A stretch of DNA of 64,000 nucleotides, taken from positions 8,933,403 through 8,997,402 of the forward strand of contig CM082587.2 in the NCBI GenBank assembly GCA_040954595.2. The letters run 5' to 3'. Below, one piece after another: positions 50,613 to 63,590 of the stretch. A program made the position numbers and the translations under genes. This DNA is from Balanoglossus misakiensis. Lineage: Eukaryota > Animalia > Hemichordata. How positions within the stretch are numbered: position 1 is the stretch's first letter; the number at the start of each line of letters is the position of its first letter. The notes beneath the pieces were generated by a model that saw nothing but the letters and a program-made list of their open reading frames with translations, searched no databases and was not told the DNA's origin.

Positions 50613-51116
50613 TTAAAGGCACATAAGCTGCAACTTTTGGGATAATTTTCATAATTTTTGTTTCAATCTGCAATACCATTAGTCCATGCAGATGAAGGCA
50701 GTGAACTATACACAAGCATTATAAACCCTAAATATGAGTGCATATGCAAGTTCTAACCAGATAAATAATAAACCTTTGCCGCAGGCGATTATGGCCGCCA
50801 CCGTAGTAAAATGCAAGAAACAATGAAAATGTTGCAATTCCGGTTAATGAAACTTCATAAACAAAACATGATCTCATCCACTTGAGCTCATGGAAGTAAA
50901 TGTACACCACTGAGATATCAGATTTTCATTACAATATTGCACTTTTTAAAAATTGCAGGAAATTCCGTTTTTCTTTAATTTTTGGCCATTTTGTCATAAA
51001 TAAGTGTTGATCTTGATATATTATCATAAAATATCATTTAATAGACATAATTAAAAGCATATATTATTTATTTAAAACTTTAATTTTTTATCCAGTTGCA
51101 GCTCATGTGCCTTTAA
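50613..51116. mobile_element. TTAA-flanked MITE AGGCACAT.AGCTGCAACT...AGTTGCAGCT.ATGTGCCT
   Basis: ~19-bp TIRs inside TTAA. Confidence 0.75.
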
Positions 51117-52469
51117 CTTGATCTCTTGACTAAATACTGTTTTCAGTGGCAAGCAAATTTGGCTCTTAAACTTGTGAAAAGTAAACGTCTGGGTACATGT
51201 AAACACACAAAATACTGTACATAAATTATAAATCATTTACAATTAAATGTTACTTGATTACAGAAAAAGGCACAACTTTTTTTTCCAGAAAACGGAAATA
51301 AACAGCGGTCAAACAAGATCCCAAACTTCTCAGACATGCGCATATTTGATTACAAATATGAGTTTGTTTGAGGTCGTGGTCTAGCTGTCAGTAGTTGTGG
51401 AATAATGTTTGCACGTCCAGCGTGCAGGGATGAAAATTTCAAGCACAATTACCACGAGCGTATTTGAACCAGACTATGTGCCAAACTCTGCCACATCTAC
51501 CCCCCCGTTTCTCACTAAAATTACACTTTCGTTCAGTGCCGAGGACGATAAAGCAATTTTATCATGGGACGGCACTCTGTAGTTTCATCTGAAATTCTTA
51601 GTCCCATGGAATTAAGCCCATGTGAAATCTCACGGTTAATTCTGCCAACCGCGACGCGAATCTTGTAACATAGTCTGTTCTTTTGGTAAATGTTCTCTTG
51701 TATTTGTAAAATACACATTCGGATAAAAACGCTCGATTATGAAATATCCGATAAGTGTATAAAAATATAATCTTAGATAATTTGTCAATAGTTCAATATC
51801 CGCACTATAAGTACAATGTACAGTCCATAGGAAAGTGCAATACATCAAATCTCCCTGATACAATACTGCATTAGATTTCGTTGGCAAGATCACAAGTGAG
51901 TTAAAACCGTGTAAAAGTTTCAACTGGCAGAGCATTACAATCTTTTTAGGAACTGCAAGCTTGTAAACATGTGAATGGTTAAATGCAACCTCTACAAATC
52001 AAGATGTTGGTATGCTTGTTTTTGTCTATATCTGTCTCTTTAAGGATCAATATAAGCATGGCAAAGCTGTTTTCAGCAACCGTACCGCGCATGCCAAAAT
52101 GCAACATTGAGTATATTTCAGTGAATCGAAACTGAAATGATCAAAATGATGTCAAAAGTGACAGATTTTATCCCTTTAAAGAGACGGTTACGATTAAAGC
52201 ATATATTACACCGTGATTGTCTCTTAATTAATACTGTAATAACTCTCGTAAATGTCAAAGCTGCTCGGCTAACTCACATTTTGACAAAACTTACAACGAG
52301 CATTAATTGGTCACCTAAGCTATTACAACACGTGGAAGTCCTTGAAGTTGTATTGTCTGATGTAAAATCTTTAAAGGCGGCTGTCATGGATGACTACTAT
52401 AGATATCATTGCTCCTTATGCCTCCTTTAATAAATTTCGCTAAAGCTATACAAATGCCGGATTTAAAAA

Positions 52470-52631
52470 TCAGGTCTTCCTCTTCTGGCCTGTCTCTGGA
52501 ACTTTGGCTGAAAAATTCCTTCTGTACTCTGTCAGCCATTGTGATGTATCTGATGGAGGCACATCGAACCGAGCCCTTTCTTTCTTCCCTCGGAGATTCT
52601 CCTGACTAAGTGCTTCCTGTTGGCGGACCAT
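52470..52631 (-). CDS. Candidate 53-aa microprotein (MVRQQEALSQENLRGKKERARFDVPPSDTSQWLTEYRRNFSAKVPETGQKRKT) in exon 2 of a small two-exon transcript
   Basis: Strong acceptor (ttttgttttgcag) ahead of 52685. The first ATG is in gaaATGG context. A putative non-coding first exon ends at a GTGAGA donor at 53574, with promoter motifs at 53660-53795. Confidence 0.4.
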   Translation of the reverse strand: MVRQQEALSQENLRGKKERARFDVPPSDTSQWLTEYRRNFSAKVPETGQKRKT

Positions 52632-53654
52632 TTCAATCTCCTGCCGTTTCTTTGCGCGCAGAGCAGCGGGATAAATATTCAGTGGCTGCAAAACAAAAAT
52701 ATGTTTTGGGTGTCACTCTTAGAAGGCATTTTATGTATAGCACAGATCAGAAGATTTCCCACTACGTCATGATGATGACGAACAATACAAGCCTGCCAGT
52801 AGTAACATATGTAGAGGTATTGTCAGTCAGCTAGCACTTGTGTATACCAATCAGTATGGTCATTCAAATGGACCATGCTAAGTTTGAAAGCAAAATCATG
52901 AAAATAATGCAAAAACTGGCAACTATTGAGGTTTTGACCCTTTCACCCCCAGCTCCCGATTTAGAGGTCCAAACGTTTTGTCTCGTCTCCTGAGCTAATT
53001 AGCAATAACCAGGCCATACAACAAGCTTTACTGTGTGTGGCTGTGACGCTACCACCAAACTTTATTACAACAATAGTTTGTTACCATAGGTAACGATGGG
53101 TTTGGACCGAACCATGCTGGTGAAAGGGTTAAAATGTCAACTTAATGTTTTTATATACTACACGATTATATAGACAGTTCCACAAATTTGACTAATCAGG
53201 TACTTGTCTGACGTATTTTCTATTCTATTAAATACAGGGCCCTGGTGACGGAAGCAAGTTGATTACCAGTTGTGGGAAATGCGATGTGATACTATATCAG
53301 CCAACGGAATTACAGCTTATCATTGCAAGGTGTGTATATTGTGAACCATTATTATGGCATATGTATTCTAAGTGGTCCGGGCAATAATAATTCTAGTATT
53401 ATTGCAAGCTCATATGCAAATGAGCATCCAGAATAATAAGATCCCCCATTTCCCCCTCAATCGAACCGGACTATATTCTGGCAAGTCATTGTATATTCCT
53501 TCCGAAATTTGTCAGAATAACAAAGCACTAAGTTGTCAGTATGTTTAGGAATGTTGTGATTGCCGATATCTCACCTAAGTGCGTCTAAAGGATACTAGTC
53601 TAAAGGTCTTTTGGAGGTCAGTCGAAGGCGTGCTGCTCAGTCTGAAGCCTCGAA

Positions 53655-53795
53655 GAAAGAGAACGAACTATTTCCGCCCAAGGGGTGGGTGGGGTCAATG
53701 ACGTCATAGGCAGATCCACAACAGGAACCTCGAAAATAGAAAATCTCTCGCTACTGCCAGTGTTCTCAAATATTACCAGTGCGATCTCGCGATCT
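53655..53795 (-). promoter_or_regulatory. Promoter-like motif cluster
   Basis: Perfect CRE TGACGTCA (53699-53706), GGGCGGAAAT (GC/ETS-like, minus strand, ~53670-53679), TCTCGCGA (~53786-53793) and a pyrimidine CTCTTTCTTC tract (minus strand, ~53652-53661). All lie just upstream of a 5' splice site. Confidence 0.45.
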
Positions 53796-54127
53796 AAGCT
53801 AAACCGCTGATGACATGAGCCGACATGGCCCTACTTTGCATGAAAAAATTTGCGTGATCTGCCCTTTTTCGTAATTAATGATACTGCATGTATATCACAT
53901 TTCAGGAATCGGCATGTGACGACGCATTCTCTGGTCCCTTTTCCTGGGTTCCGATCAAACCAGTTACTTCTTCCATCCCCGACGGCGCCTGTATGTATTC
54001 TATCTCTCACTTTGGTGAGGAGTTCTCTTACTGAACTAGATTTGTCTTTAAAGTTCATGGAATAGTCAAACTGAAGTGCATTTCATAGGAATGTAGTGGA
54101 AAATTACGCCAATAAAAGAAGGGGTCC

Positions 54128-54590
54128 GTGAAGTTTGTTACTTATTCCTTATTCCTTATTCGAATGTGAAGTTTGTTACTTATTCCTTATTCCTTATTCC
54201 TTATTCGAATGTGAAGTTTGTTACTTATTCCTTATTCCTTATTCGAATGTGAAGTTTGTTACTTATTCCTTATTCCTTATTCAAAGCTGAAGTCTGTGAC
54301 TTATTCCTTATTCCGATTCTGAAGTCTGTGACTTATTCCTTATTCGAAATCTGACGTTTCTGACTTATTCCTTATTCAAAGCTGAAGTCTGTGACTTATT
54401 CCTTATTCGGATTCTGAAGTCTGTGACTTATTCCTTGTTCAAAGCTGGAGTCTGTGACTTCTTGACTTATTCCTTATTCAAAGCTGAAGTCTGTGACTTA
54501 TTCCTTATTCGGATTCTGAAGTCTGTGACTTATTCCTTATTCAAAGCTGAAGTCTGTGACTTATTCCTTATTCAAAGCTGAAGTCTGTGA
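54128..54590. repeat. Minisatellite of ~31-45-bp units built on a TTATTCC heptamer
   Basis: About 14 units of TGAAGT(T/C)TGT(T/G)ACTTATTCC(TTATTCC)nTTATTC. Confidence 0.9.
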
Positions 54591-56029
54591 TTATTATTAT
54601 TATAAGACACTGAGTGACCGCAGTCCGTTTCACAACGCAAGTACATGTATTGCGTAACATCAGTGCAATAAGCTCCTATACGACGATCGTCTCGTTTAGG
54701 ACCTAAACATGTAATCAGCAATAAAAACATTTTCCATCCCTTCGTCACTTCTAACACGATTTGGTAAACCGTAATTGACCACTCCGGATTCAAACTTTTA
54801 AAACTGATCACTGGACTGTAACTTTCAAACCTCGACTGGCGAGATCTAAGGCCGTGCCGATTTAATAGCCAGTCGCTGTTTGAAAGTTGCAGTTCTATAA
54901 CTGGAAAATGCTTATAATCGACCCCGGTAATCGACACGATCATCGTGTCGATAGTTTGAAAATGCTTACTGCATATACATGATATACACATGCTGAAAAG
55001 TTTGCGCTCATGCGCAGTGCGTATCTCGCCGGACAGATATAATACAAGACCAAGGATTCTGCCTGAGTTTTAGCAGAAAGTTGCAACGCACTTGCGCTTC
55101 GCTATTTTGTGTATTTTGCTGATATTGGAGGCTTTTTAAAAATACATCTACATAAAGTGGTGCTCATATGACTTCCACGAAAATGCGCGAAATTTGCCGA
55201 GTATAGTCCGAAGACGCCTATGAATAAATTAATTCGCAAGTCAATTAAACAGTAGATCAAAGAACATCATCGATTCTTCTATGATTTGAATCTGTCGAAA
55301 CTGATGAGGAACTCTCACGGATTTTATTATGAAGTAAAGGTGATGGATAAAGCATTGAAGTGCTTAGGTAATCGTATTTATAAATGACAATCTACGTTTT
55401 CATGTTTTGTGGGCGTTTCATAGAATTTGTCTGTGTCTGTTATTATGGTACAGACATGTGGTCAACAAATTTCCTCTCAAATCTATCTTTGTGAAGTTTG
55501 CCGTGGTATTTGAAACTTGCAAGTAATAACCGACCATGTGGCTTTGTTCATGTATGGACACTGAGTTATATTGCTTTATTTTGTTGTATGATAATTCACC
55601 GTCGCCCCAAACAGGCCCAAGTCAGTTCTGGTGTATGTTTTGCTCATAATAAAACACACAGTCATCAATGTCTCGCTTTAATATTTCGTTGTTTTTTCTC
55701 CTCCCAGGGTAAATTAATAGTATATATATATACACAGAGACGTCGTATTGAGAAAACGAACCATAAAACTGATGTCAAGATAACTTCAAACGCGTTTGGA
55801 AACAAGTAAAGTGAAATTCATGGTGGATCTGGATGGAATTTGAAAGGTACAGAACATTGCACTATCGGAACCACTGGAACAGAAAAACATTGACTATAAG
55901 TATAACAGAAAATTGATATAACAAAGCAATTTCCACGCATACTTGAGAACTATTGTCTTCGTACCAAGGATGATGTTCATAAATTTACTACCAACTTCCT
56001 AAACTGATATCCAGGATGTCAAAACCAGA

Positions 56030-59000
56030 CTACAATAGAAATCGGGCGTCCAGTAACTCCTGTGGGATTCCAGGTAAGTCTCTCACACTAACAGTCTTCT
56101 TCTTGCGCATGTGTCGTGTGTACTCGACGTACATTGACCAATTTGATGTTCTTGAACTGAAGAAGAGTTGGGCTCCTGCAAATAGTGTACAGATTACTTA
56201 AGGCAATGTCTGTGTCAGAATTGTACAATCATATCCATATTCTAAAGTTCATTGGTCAGATATTAACATTGTCAGTTCCAACGGTCACAGAACAGAACAA
56301 TCAACAAAACACACAGAACTAACTTGAGTTCTTGAAAGAAAGATATATGGACTTCCAGCAAAAAAAGACCAGGATGTGGTGTTACTGTTGGGTGTTTCGA
56401 AAATAGTAAGCCAACCCTGCCCCATATGTTGTAGCTGCCATCTATCAATCTCTGGGGGTGAAAGGGCTAACCCTTTCCCCCCAGTTCCCTCTTTAGAGGT
56501 CCAACCTTACCACAGAAAACAATGGGTTTGGACTTAACCATGGTGGTGAAAGGGTTAAACAGGTTTAACTGTACTGGTACTTACTTTCTGCCATTTCTTG
56601 TTCAATCAAAGATAACACATAGTTGTCATGTTCATACTTCTTGAGCGATGGCACTATCTTAGTTAAGTCCTGAGCATAGTACACACGTAGATCAGTGGCA
56701 CTGAGATAGGATCCTATGGTCTTGTGACAACAACAGAATAAATTCAGGTTGAATGATAACATTTTTGCAAACTTGGCAAGAGCCCTCCCCCCCCCCCAAA
56801 AAAAAAAAAAAAAATTGCGAAAATTAATAGTTGTGAAAGGACAATGTGTACAATTAAATGTTTGTCGGAGATAGGAGAATGCACAAATTAATTGTCACGA
56901 AAAATTCGCCTCATGATATTGCGAAAATTTCCTGTTGCGAAAATTTTTCGGTTTTAAAATATCTACACTATATCTGTGGTACAGCTCTTGTCCAAATTCT
57001 GACCAATCACCATCGAGTTACCTACCTGAGCATATACAGGAGTGGCTACATACAAACATGATAATTTTTCACGCTTCATTGTGGACTCGATTTCACGTAC
57101 AATAATCGGTGCTGCTTCCTGAAGCAATTGGAGATTCTGCGGAACCTTCTTTTCTTTACAGTCCCTGGGCTTTTTTGTACATCTACATATAGTACAATAC
57201 AAATAAGAAATTAAAATGCTGTGTTATACTGTAAAACTATTTATTTTCGAAGGTAATGAATTTTCGCAAAATACGCGAGAGCCAAAATAGCGTGAAAATA
57301 AAAAGTCACGTAATTTTTTGAAGATAACGATGCAGTGAATGAAATAAGAGAACGCGAATATTAATACTTGCGAAACAGTGGCCTCTCTCGATATTGCGAA
57401 AAATTTTAACTTGCGAAAATATAGTGTTTTACATGCAGTATATCCTTGACTACAAGGCCTAATGATAACTGAAAGAATCTTGTTGACTGTTCCACTATCT
57501 GGTGGGGAGGGTGGAGCCAAGGGGTGTGAGGACGGTGACAATTGTACAGTCCAAGTACCAGTCAAATGTCATTACACTTAAAAGGATATGAATGAAGGTA
57601 TAAGACTCATATTAAATTTGATTTTTTCCTGTTAGGGAGCTTTCAGTTGTTATATGGGTGGGGGATGGGAAATGGGGAGATTACATTTTACATGTAATTT
57701 CTCATGGCCCACCCCCCTTCATAATAATTGAAATCTCCCTTATTGGGAAATTACTAGTACTCACTGTGCTGAATACTCAGCGCTCTTATTTCTCCAGTGC
57801 ATTACTGCATAGTTGCCATGGCAAAGCTTCTCTCCTCCCTCCAAGGCTAAGCGACGAATGTAGGGCGCTCGCACCAGATATTTTTCAACGAGCGCTTCTA
57901 TCTGCGTCATACACGTGTAGTTTGCGTCGGAGGTCCTGAACGCTAGACACGGTTGGGGTGGATCTCCACGAATCGCGTCCTCGCGGAAAGTGGTGTAATT
58001 TTTATGAACGTCGGGGAACGTTATATTTTTGAAATAATTGGCAATGAATTTTATTGCGGCTTTGTTTGGGAACACATCGTCCTCACACATACGCATCTGG
58101 TATTTTGTGCACAACTCGGTTTTATACTGACGTCTCGGTACGGCAGCAATGAGGTTTCCCTTCTCAATACCACCATTGCACATGTCATAGAAGTCTTCGA
58201 ATGGAAGGGTGGGTAGCAGTTCGTTTAGTGCGTCGATGTCAAATGTCTGATCAAAGCGTCTGGGCGTGTCAATGTCTGTTTCCTGGAAAGAGTGGGGTTG
58301 GAAATCATGAGTGACTATGCCGAGTCTGTTTGCAACAGCAAATTGTAAAGTCCATCGGTACATGCTGTAGAAACTGCCCGCCCCGCCCGCTTGTTTATAC
58401 GCAGGTATAACAAACTGTTGCCGGAGTTTTCCTTGTTTTCCGTCTGTCTGGAATCGCGGGAATTCTTTCACATCCTTGCAATCTGGGCTGCCCAACGGCA
58501 CATCCGGGGTAGAAGTTTCCATCTCAGAATCCAACTCTTCGTTGTCCGAACCTTGAAGTTGCGAATCAAAGTCATGTGACCGACTTGTGTTTCCAATGGT
58601 GAAGTTCTCAGTTGTCAATGACAACCCTTGTGTGCCGGAGCTATGAACATCAATATTGGACTTGACACTTTTCTGCGAAAATGGTACATATTATGGTTCT
58701 TAGATGTAGTGTACAAAGAAAATGTATAAAACTTTCTTAATTTATTACAAACTGTACTATACACCTTCAGTAGATCATGAGTTTTGTACCAAATATTTAG
58801 CTATTATGGTAGCCCGCATATGTACCAGTAACTGAACTTAAAATAGATGACTAAACAGCTGAATAACAAAAAAAACACGAAAAATAGTAATATGGTGTTT
58901 TTACCATCACCCTTTTATAATATATTTATTTTGTTCTAACATAGGAATCACCATGATGGACATACATTATTATTTGATTTTCGCGTGAACTGCTTATATC

Positions 59001-61170
59001 ATAACATAATACCGTATTGTCTCTCACCTGTGTAGTGATGGTACAGCCTTGCAAAACAACTGGATAATTCTTGTATAGTTTTCGAATTAACACAAGGTTA
59101 CAAATAAGTACAACAGTGAAGATGGCAAGGACCAAGTTAGTGTTCCTATAAATGAAACAACAACTGTATGACAGCTACTGAGCTAGGCAAATAGACTTAA
59201 ACCTGTGTTAATGGCCACCTCTATACAGTGGCCACTTTGTTACAGTATCTGTGCAATTTACATGTGCAGTGATTGACCCATCTATGAAGGCCAGTTTAGG
59301 AAAGTCCCTTGACTGGCCACTATAGACATGTTCGAGTATATTTTGTACTTTCATATTTGACATCCAATTTATGCAACTTCAGTCTGGCATGGCATTCGAT
59401 CTGTCCACCAGCATACAGCCTATACTGGCACATGTATCCTCAATCCACGCTTTCGTGATTTTAACAACGTTAGACAGGCATTGTGACCTCTAACTCAAAG
59501 GATATAACCCGTTCACCCCCAGTTCCGTCTACACAGGTCCAACTTTACTATGGTGGTGAAAGGATTACCATAGACAAAGCAGATAGACGGGCATGTAACT
59601 GACAGTGTTTTGTCTGATGCACAGCTGCAGTTTTTAATGGACCTAGTAATCCTGTTCAACAGATTACCGAAAGAGCTCAGAACCATCTGTGGCACTGACT
59701 TAGCGACCTTGTCTAAACATTTTATCTCACAGTTTCTCATATACCGTACAATATTACTAGTATTTAGTGTGTTGGCAGTGCCAAATATGGACAGTATTTT
59801 TTCACTTATTGCAAACATGGGTAACATTTTTTAAACTGTTGATTCCAATCACAGGAATCAGATGGCATATATCTTATTAATTTTCTAAGACAAGTCATTT
59901 AGGTGTGTCAGCTGAATCCGTGACACATTTCGGCCAACCAATAAACCGATTTGCAACTTCAAAAAAGGAAATTGAAAAATTGCTAAATGTCAATTTTCAA
60001 ATTGTTTCTTCATCTTAATTATTAAATTTTAGGCCTATTTTCTAATTACAAATTCTTTGTCTGAGATTGACAAATGGGAAATTGGTATATACTGCTGTGA
60101 GGATGGCACTTTGCGGCCATTCAAATTTCCCTCCGACGAACGTCATTTCCAACAATGCACTATTTCCGTTTTCCCAATTTTCAATTTACCAAAAATCTCT
60201 TTATCCTAATGTAGGGGGGGGGGGAGCTGATAGTATCAATCTTTTGCCTAGGAACATGAAATTGTTACACTTTTTTTAGTAAACGGACTTAGTTGAGCCA
60301 ATTGATTAGGCATACATGTGAAGTTAGCTAGTTTATGAAGAAGAGGAAGTTCAAATCAGTAAACTAAAACGATAACTTTTTTTCCTACCATTGAGATCCA
60401 TATTGAGTATTTAGAATCAAGTATTTCACTTTAACCCTTTCACCCCCAGTTCCCTCTTTAGAGGTCTGACTTTACCATAGAAAACAATGGGTTTGGACTG
60501 AACCATGGTGGTGAAAGGGTTAAATAATAAATGTAATAGAAAAGTGATTACAAAAAATGTACAAGGACTCTGAAGAAATTATTATGAATGTAACATGCAC
60601 GGAGAGAGAACACAAATTTTGAGGACAAGTTATTGTTGTATGGAAGTGAAAGGGTTAATTTTCAGAATCACACAGTTTAAAATATTCAACAGCATATTAG
60701 TTAAGGATGTACGTTCAGTAAAATTGAAAGTAATGTCATTTTTTTAATTGTGGATTTTTGGATTCTCCGTTGTATGTATAATGAAAATCCGCAATAAAAT
60801 TTAGGAGTCACCGCGCTTGTTTTTGAAATACAGAGCCATGAATTTGGTCGATAATAGAAGAAATCTGCTGACTCAGCATTTTTCGCCAATGGTTTGTCTA
60901 TGGGCAAATTTTTTAACGCAATTTATCTCAAAATAGAGCGCGGTGACCCCTATATTTTATTTGACCAATGAATTTATATTTGCTGGACTGAGCTATGCGT
61001 AAAATTTCGTGAAAATGACAATAGTAGAAGTTTGTTTTCTGGCGATTACCAATGTAATCCTATGGGAAAAAGACCGGGCGCGCAGTGTTTCCGGTTTATG
61101 TTCTGCGCGTACATCCTTATAAATGGTGAGACACTTGATAACAATTGGAAAGAACTTACCTTGCGGCCAT
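56030..61170 (-). CDS. GDP-fucose O-fucosyltransferase-like (O-FucT-family GT-B) type II membrane protein, 6 coding exons, ~491 aa
   Basis: Exons 61170-61160 (ccaccATGGCCGCAAG|gtaagt), 59145-59028 (TM LVLAIFTVVLICNLVLI), 58672-57765, 57182-57026, 56720-56585, 56175-56030; 1476 nt, phases consistent. Motifs FDQTFDIDAL, NYAVMHWR, LYVAT and IEQEMAERAQLFFSSRTSNWS resemble the O-FucT Y.a.HwR, lyiAT and dq.i...A..F.g...StfS motifs. Confidence 0.78.
59570..59830 (+). mobile_element. Possible decayed 3' fragment of a non-LTR retrotransposon (CR1/L2-like ORF2 end)
   Basis: The peptide LFNRLPKELRTICGTDL resembles the L(W/F)N.LP...R motif at the C-terminus of LINE ORF2; the rest is degraded. Confidence 0.35.
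60431..60523. mobile_element. piggyBac-like mini-MITE TTAA|CCCTTTCACC...GGTGAAAGGG|TTAA; related copies at 52934-53132, 56467-56558 and ~59505-59565
   Basis: TTAA TSD with CCC...GGG termini, and a shared interior TTTAGAGGTC...TGGGTTTGGAC..AACCATG.TGGTG. Confidence 0.8.
60701..61119. mobile_element. TTAA|GGATGTACG...CGTACATCC element (Kolobok-like); inverted partial copy at ~10815-11215
   Basis: Terminal inverted GGATGTACG, and ~400 bp of reverse-complement similarity to the copy in ALDH intron 1. Confidence 0.75.
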
Positions 61171-61302
61171 GGTGGTTTTAAACCTTCAAAAATAGATTCT
61201 TAACGGAGCAGTACTTGAAACGATTGTTGTATCTGGGATCCTATCCACAAACTCAAAAGAACAGGGAGTGAATTGATGCTTATAATCCCAGATAAATGAT
61301 AC

Positions 61303-61477
61303 ATAATATATTCATTTATTTCATAGTATTTTCATAATATATTCATTTATTTCATAGTATTTTCATAATATATTCATTAATTTCATAGTATTTTCACAAT
61401 ATATTCATTTATTTCATAGTATTTTCAATATATATTTTATTTATTTCATAGTATTTTCATAATATATTCATTTATTT
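61303..61477. repeat. AT-rich ~31-bp tandem repeat, about 5.5 copies
   Basis: CATAATATATTCATTTATTTCATAGTATTTT repeated. Confidence 0.9.
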
Positions 61478-62529
61478 CTCAAGAGTATTACCTTGCAGCT
61501 GTTATGCAGTTTAGCGGAAAAGGGGTTACGGCAAATCTGTCAGTTTCTGCGCCATCATTCACTCAAATCGAGAGAGAACAGTTCCGGTTTCGGGACACAC
61601 AGGCAGTTGGTCATGCGTTTGAAGAGATACCCTGAATCATTCGTGAAACAGCTACACACAAAATTCTCCATTTTAAGAAACTGCTCAAGCGAAACTTGTT
61701 TTTCTTTGGGGGGATATCATCTTTGAATATAGAGTCCGTATTCCACACGGTGCCTGTATTGCGATAACATTAACAGTCTTTCTGAATTCCAAATTGTCTG
61801 TTGTCCAGAAGGGATTTTATTTTTACCGTTCAGTGTTAGGATGGCGTCTTTGTTTACGGTTGCGCGAAATGCATCGGTAGATTTTTCCATATGGTGTAAA
61901 AGATAAAGTTTGCGCACGAGCGTGTGTTGGGTTGTTTCTGTGTAATGACGCGCGACGTCTACAGACCGTCCGGATAAACACATAGCCTGATGAACAGATG
62001 GAAGTTTTTTTTTTCATTTTCGCAATACCACCCTGTTTCATCATTTTGCTAGCCTGGTCTCCATACCCAGTGTGTTTTAGATAGACTCACACACAAGGGT
62101 CTGGCCACAGAGTCAACTATCTTCCATTTAGAAGATCTGCATGTCAATAGAGCTCAAAATGCGATGTTACGGCAACGACGTCACCGCATGGTCTTGACTC
62201 TGACGTCGTTCAAGTCAATCAAGTGACACACCACTGATTGGCCAGAGCAATGGGGGTCTCAGTCTATGCTGTGACCAGGTGTAACCTCTTTTGTTGTCCA
62301 CTTTATTGTAGCTGTATGCAGATTCTGCGCAATATGGCTGTTGCTATCGTGGTATCGATGCATCGCCAAGAGATGACAAACTGATGCAAATGCAAGTAAT
62401 ATGGCTTAATGGTGGGGATTTTAAAGGATAAGAAATATATTTTAAGTATTTTATTATGGAAAAATAAGTGAAATCTGGCAGGGGCTTTTATGCTTGAAAA
62501 TATTCGCATGGCTACAGTCCACACTAACA

Positions 62530-62725
62530 TTATACACATGATGACTGACAATGAGGGCAACAGTGTATTTTGATGACCGAGGGCGCTGCTAGTCACAACT
62601 AAAACAGTCTTGTTTTCCCAAGGGCATAGCCCGAGGGAAAACAGACTGTTTTGGTGTGACTGGCAGTCCCGAGGTCATCAAAAATAAACTGTTGCCCGAA
62701 TATGTCAGTCCTCATGTGTTATATA
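62530..62725. mobile_element. Long imperfect palindrome (foldback element)
   Basis: GGGCAACAGT.TATTTTGATGACC...AAAACAGTC.GTTTTCCC / GGGAAAACAGACTGTTTT...GGTCATCAAAAATAAACTGTTGCCC. Confidence 0.7.
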
Positions 62726-62898
62726 ACACACCAAACACGACACACACCACATCCAGGCAACAATACCGGGCAGAAACCGATTGAACTGATGCCTTAGGGA
62801 ACAGTTCGAAATGACTAAGGTCACGTGACGGCGTATTGACGAATCACGATCGAGGGTTTGCTGCATGGTGTGTTATAATAAACAGTGATGATCGGAGA

Positions 62899-63314
62899 CC
62901 GGAGACCAGGGCGTAGGGGAAAAGAAACGCCCGGGGACAGTCTCTTTTTACGCACAGAATTCTGTGCGCAGAACGACACGGGTGGTAAATCTTGCATGTA
63001 AGCTAATTGGTCACTCAATGTAAACCAAATGACTTCATCGCATTCTAAATAAGGAAATAGAGGTGGAGTCACCAAGTATGTTTTCAAAACGGGATGTGGG
63101 AGTGGTTTTGAAGGTGTATGAATATTCATAACCAAGCTTTGTTAATTATATCATCCAACCACTGGCGCCGTCAACATTTGATAGATCACTCGTTATCCAT
63201 TCGTCACTAAGCGACCCTGATCGTTGCCAGGGCTACTATCTTTCAGCTCAGCAGGACATTACGCGACTGTCCCCGGGCGTTGTATTCTAGATCGACGCCC
63301 TGGTCTCCGGGCTA
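62899..63314. mobile_element. Second, inverted copy of the 8217-8633 MITE with one end damaged
   Basis: Reverse-complement match across ~410 bp, ending GGTCTCCGGGCTA. Confidence 0.85.
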
Positions 63315-63399
63315 GGAAATCTGCCCAGAGAGGCTAGGTAAGCTGTAGTCTTGCTCCAAGACTGTGTGATACTGAACAAGAAATGCGCGTCCGCGTTGC

Positions 63400-63590
63400 G
63401 TATAGGGCTGGTTTGTCTTAACCGCCATCTTGGAAACAAGGTGCGTTGTGGGATAGAATTGGAGGGTTTTGGAGGGGTAATTATGCACATGTGCATAATG
63501 AACCCTCCAATTATCCCTCCAAAACCTTCCAATTCTATCCCACAACGCACCTTGTTTCCAAGATGGCGGTTAAGACAAACCTGCCCTATA
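63400..63590. mobile_element. Near-perfect foldback with ~75-bp arms
   Basis: TATAGGGC.GGTTTGTCTTAACCGCCATCTTGGAAACAAGGTGCGTTGTGGGATAGAATTGGA and its reverse complement. Confidence 0.8.

Noticed and set aside
52686-53574. Intronic C/D snoRNA in the small minus-strand gene
   Set aside because: A CTGA lies ~60 nt from the acceptor, but there is no matching C box (RTGATGA) or terminal stem upstream.
54128-54590. Regular repeats resembling a CRISPR array (also 61303-61477)
   Set aside because: The units are contiguous with no unique spacers, there are no cas genes, and the context is eukaryotic.
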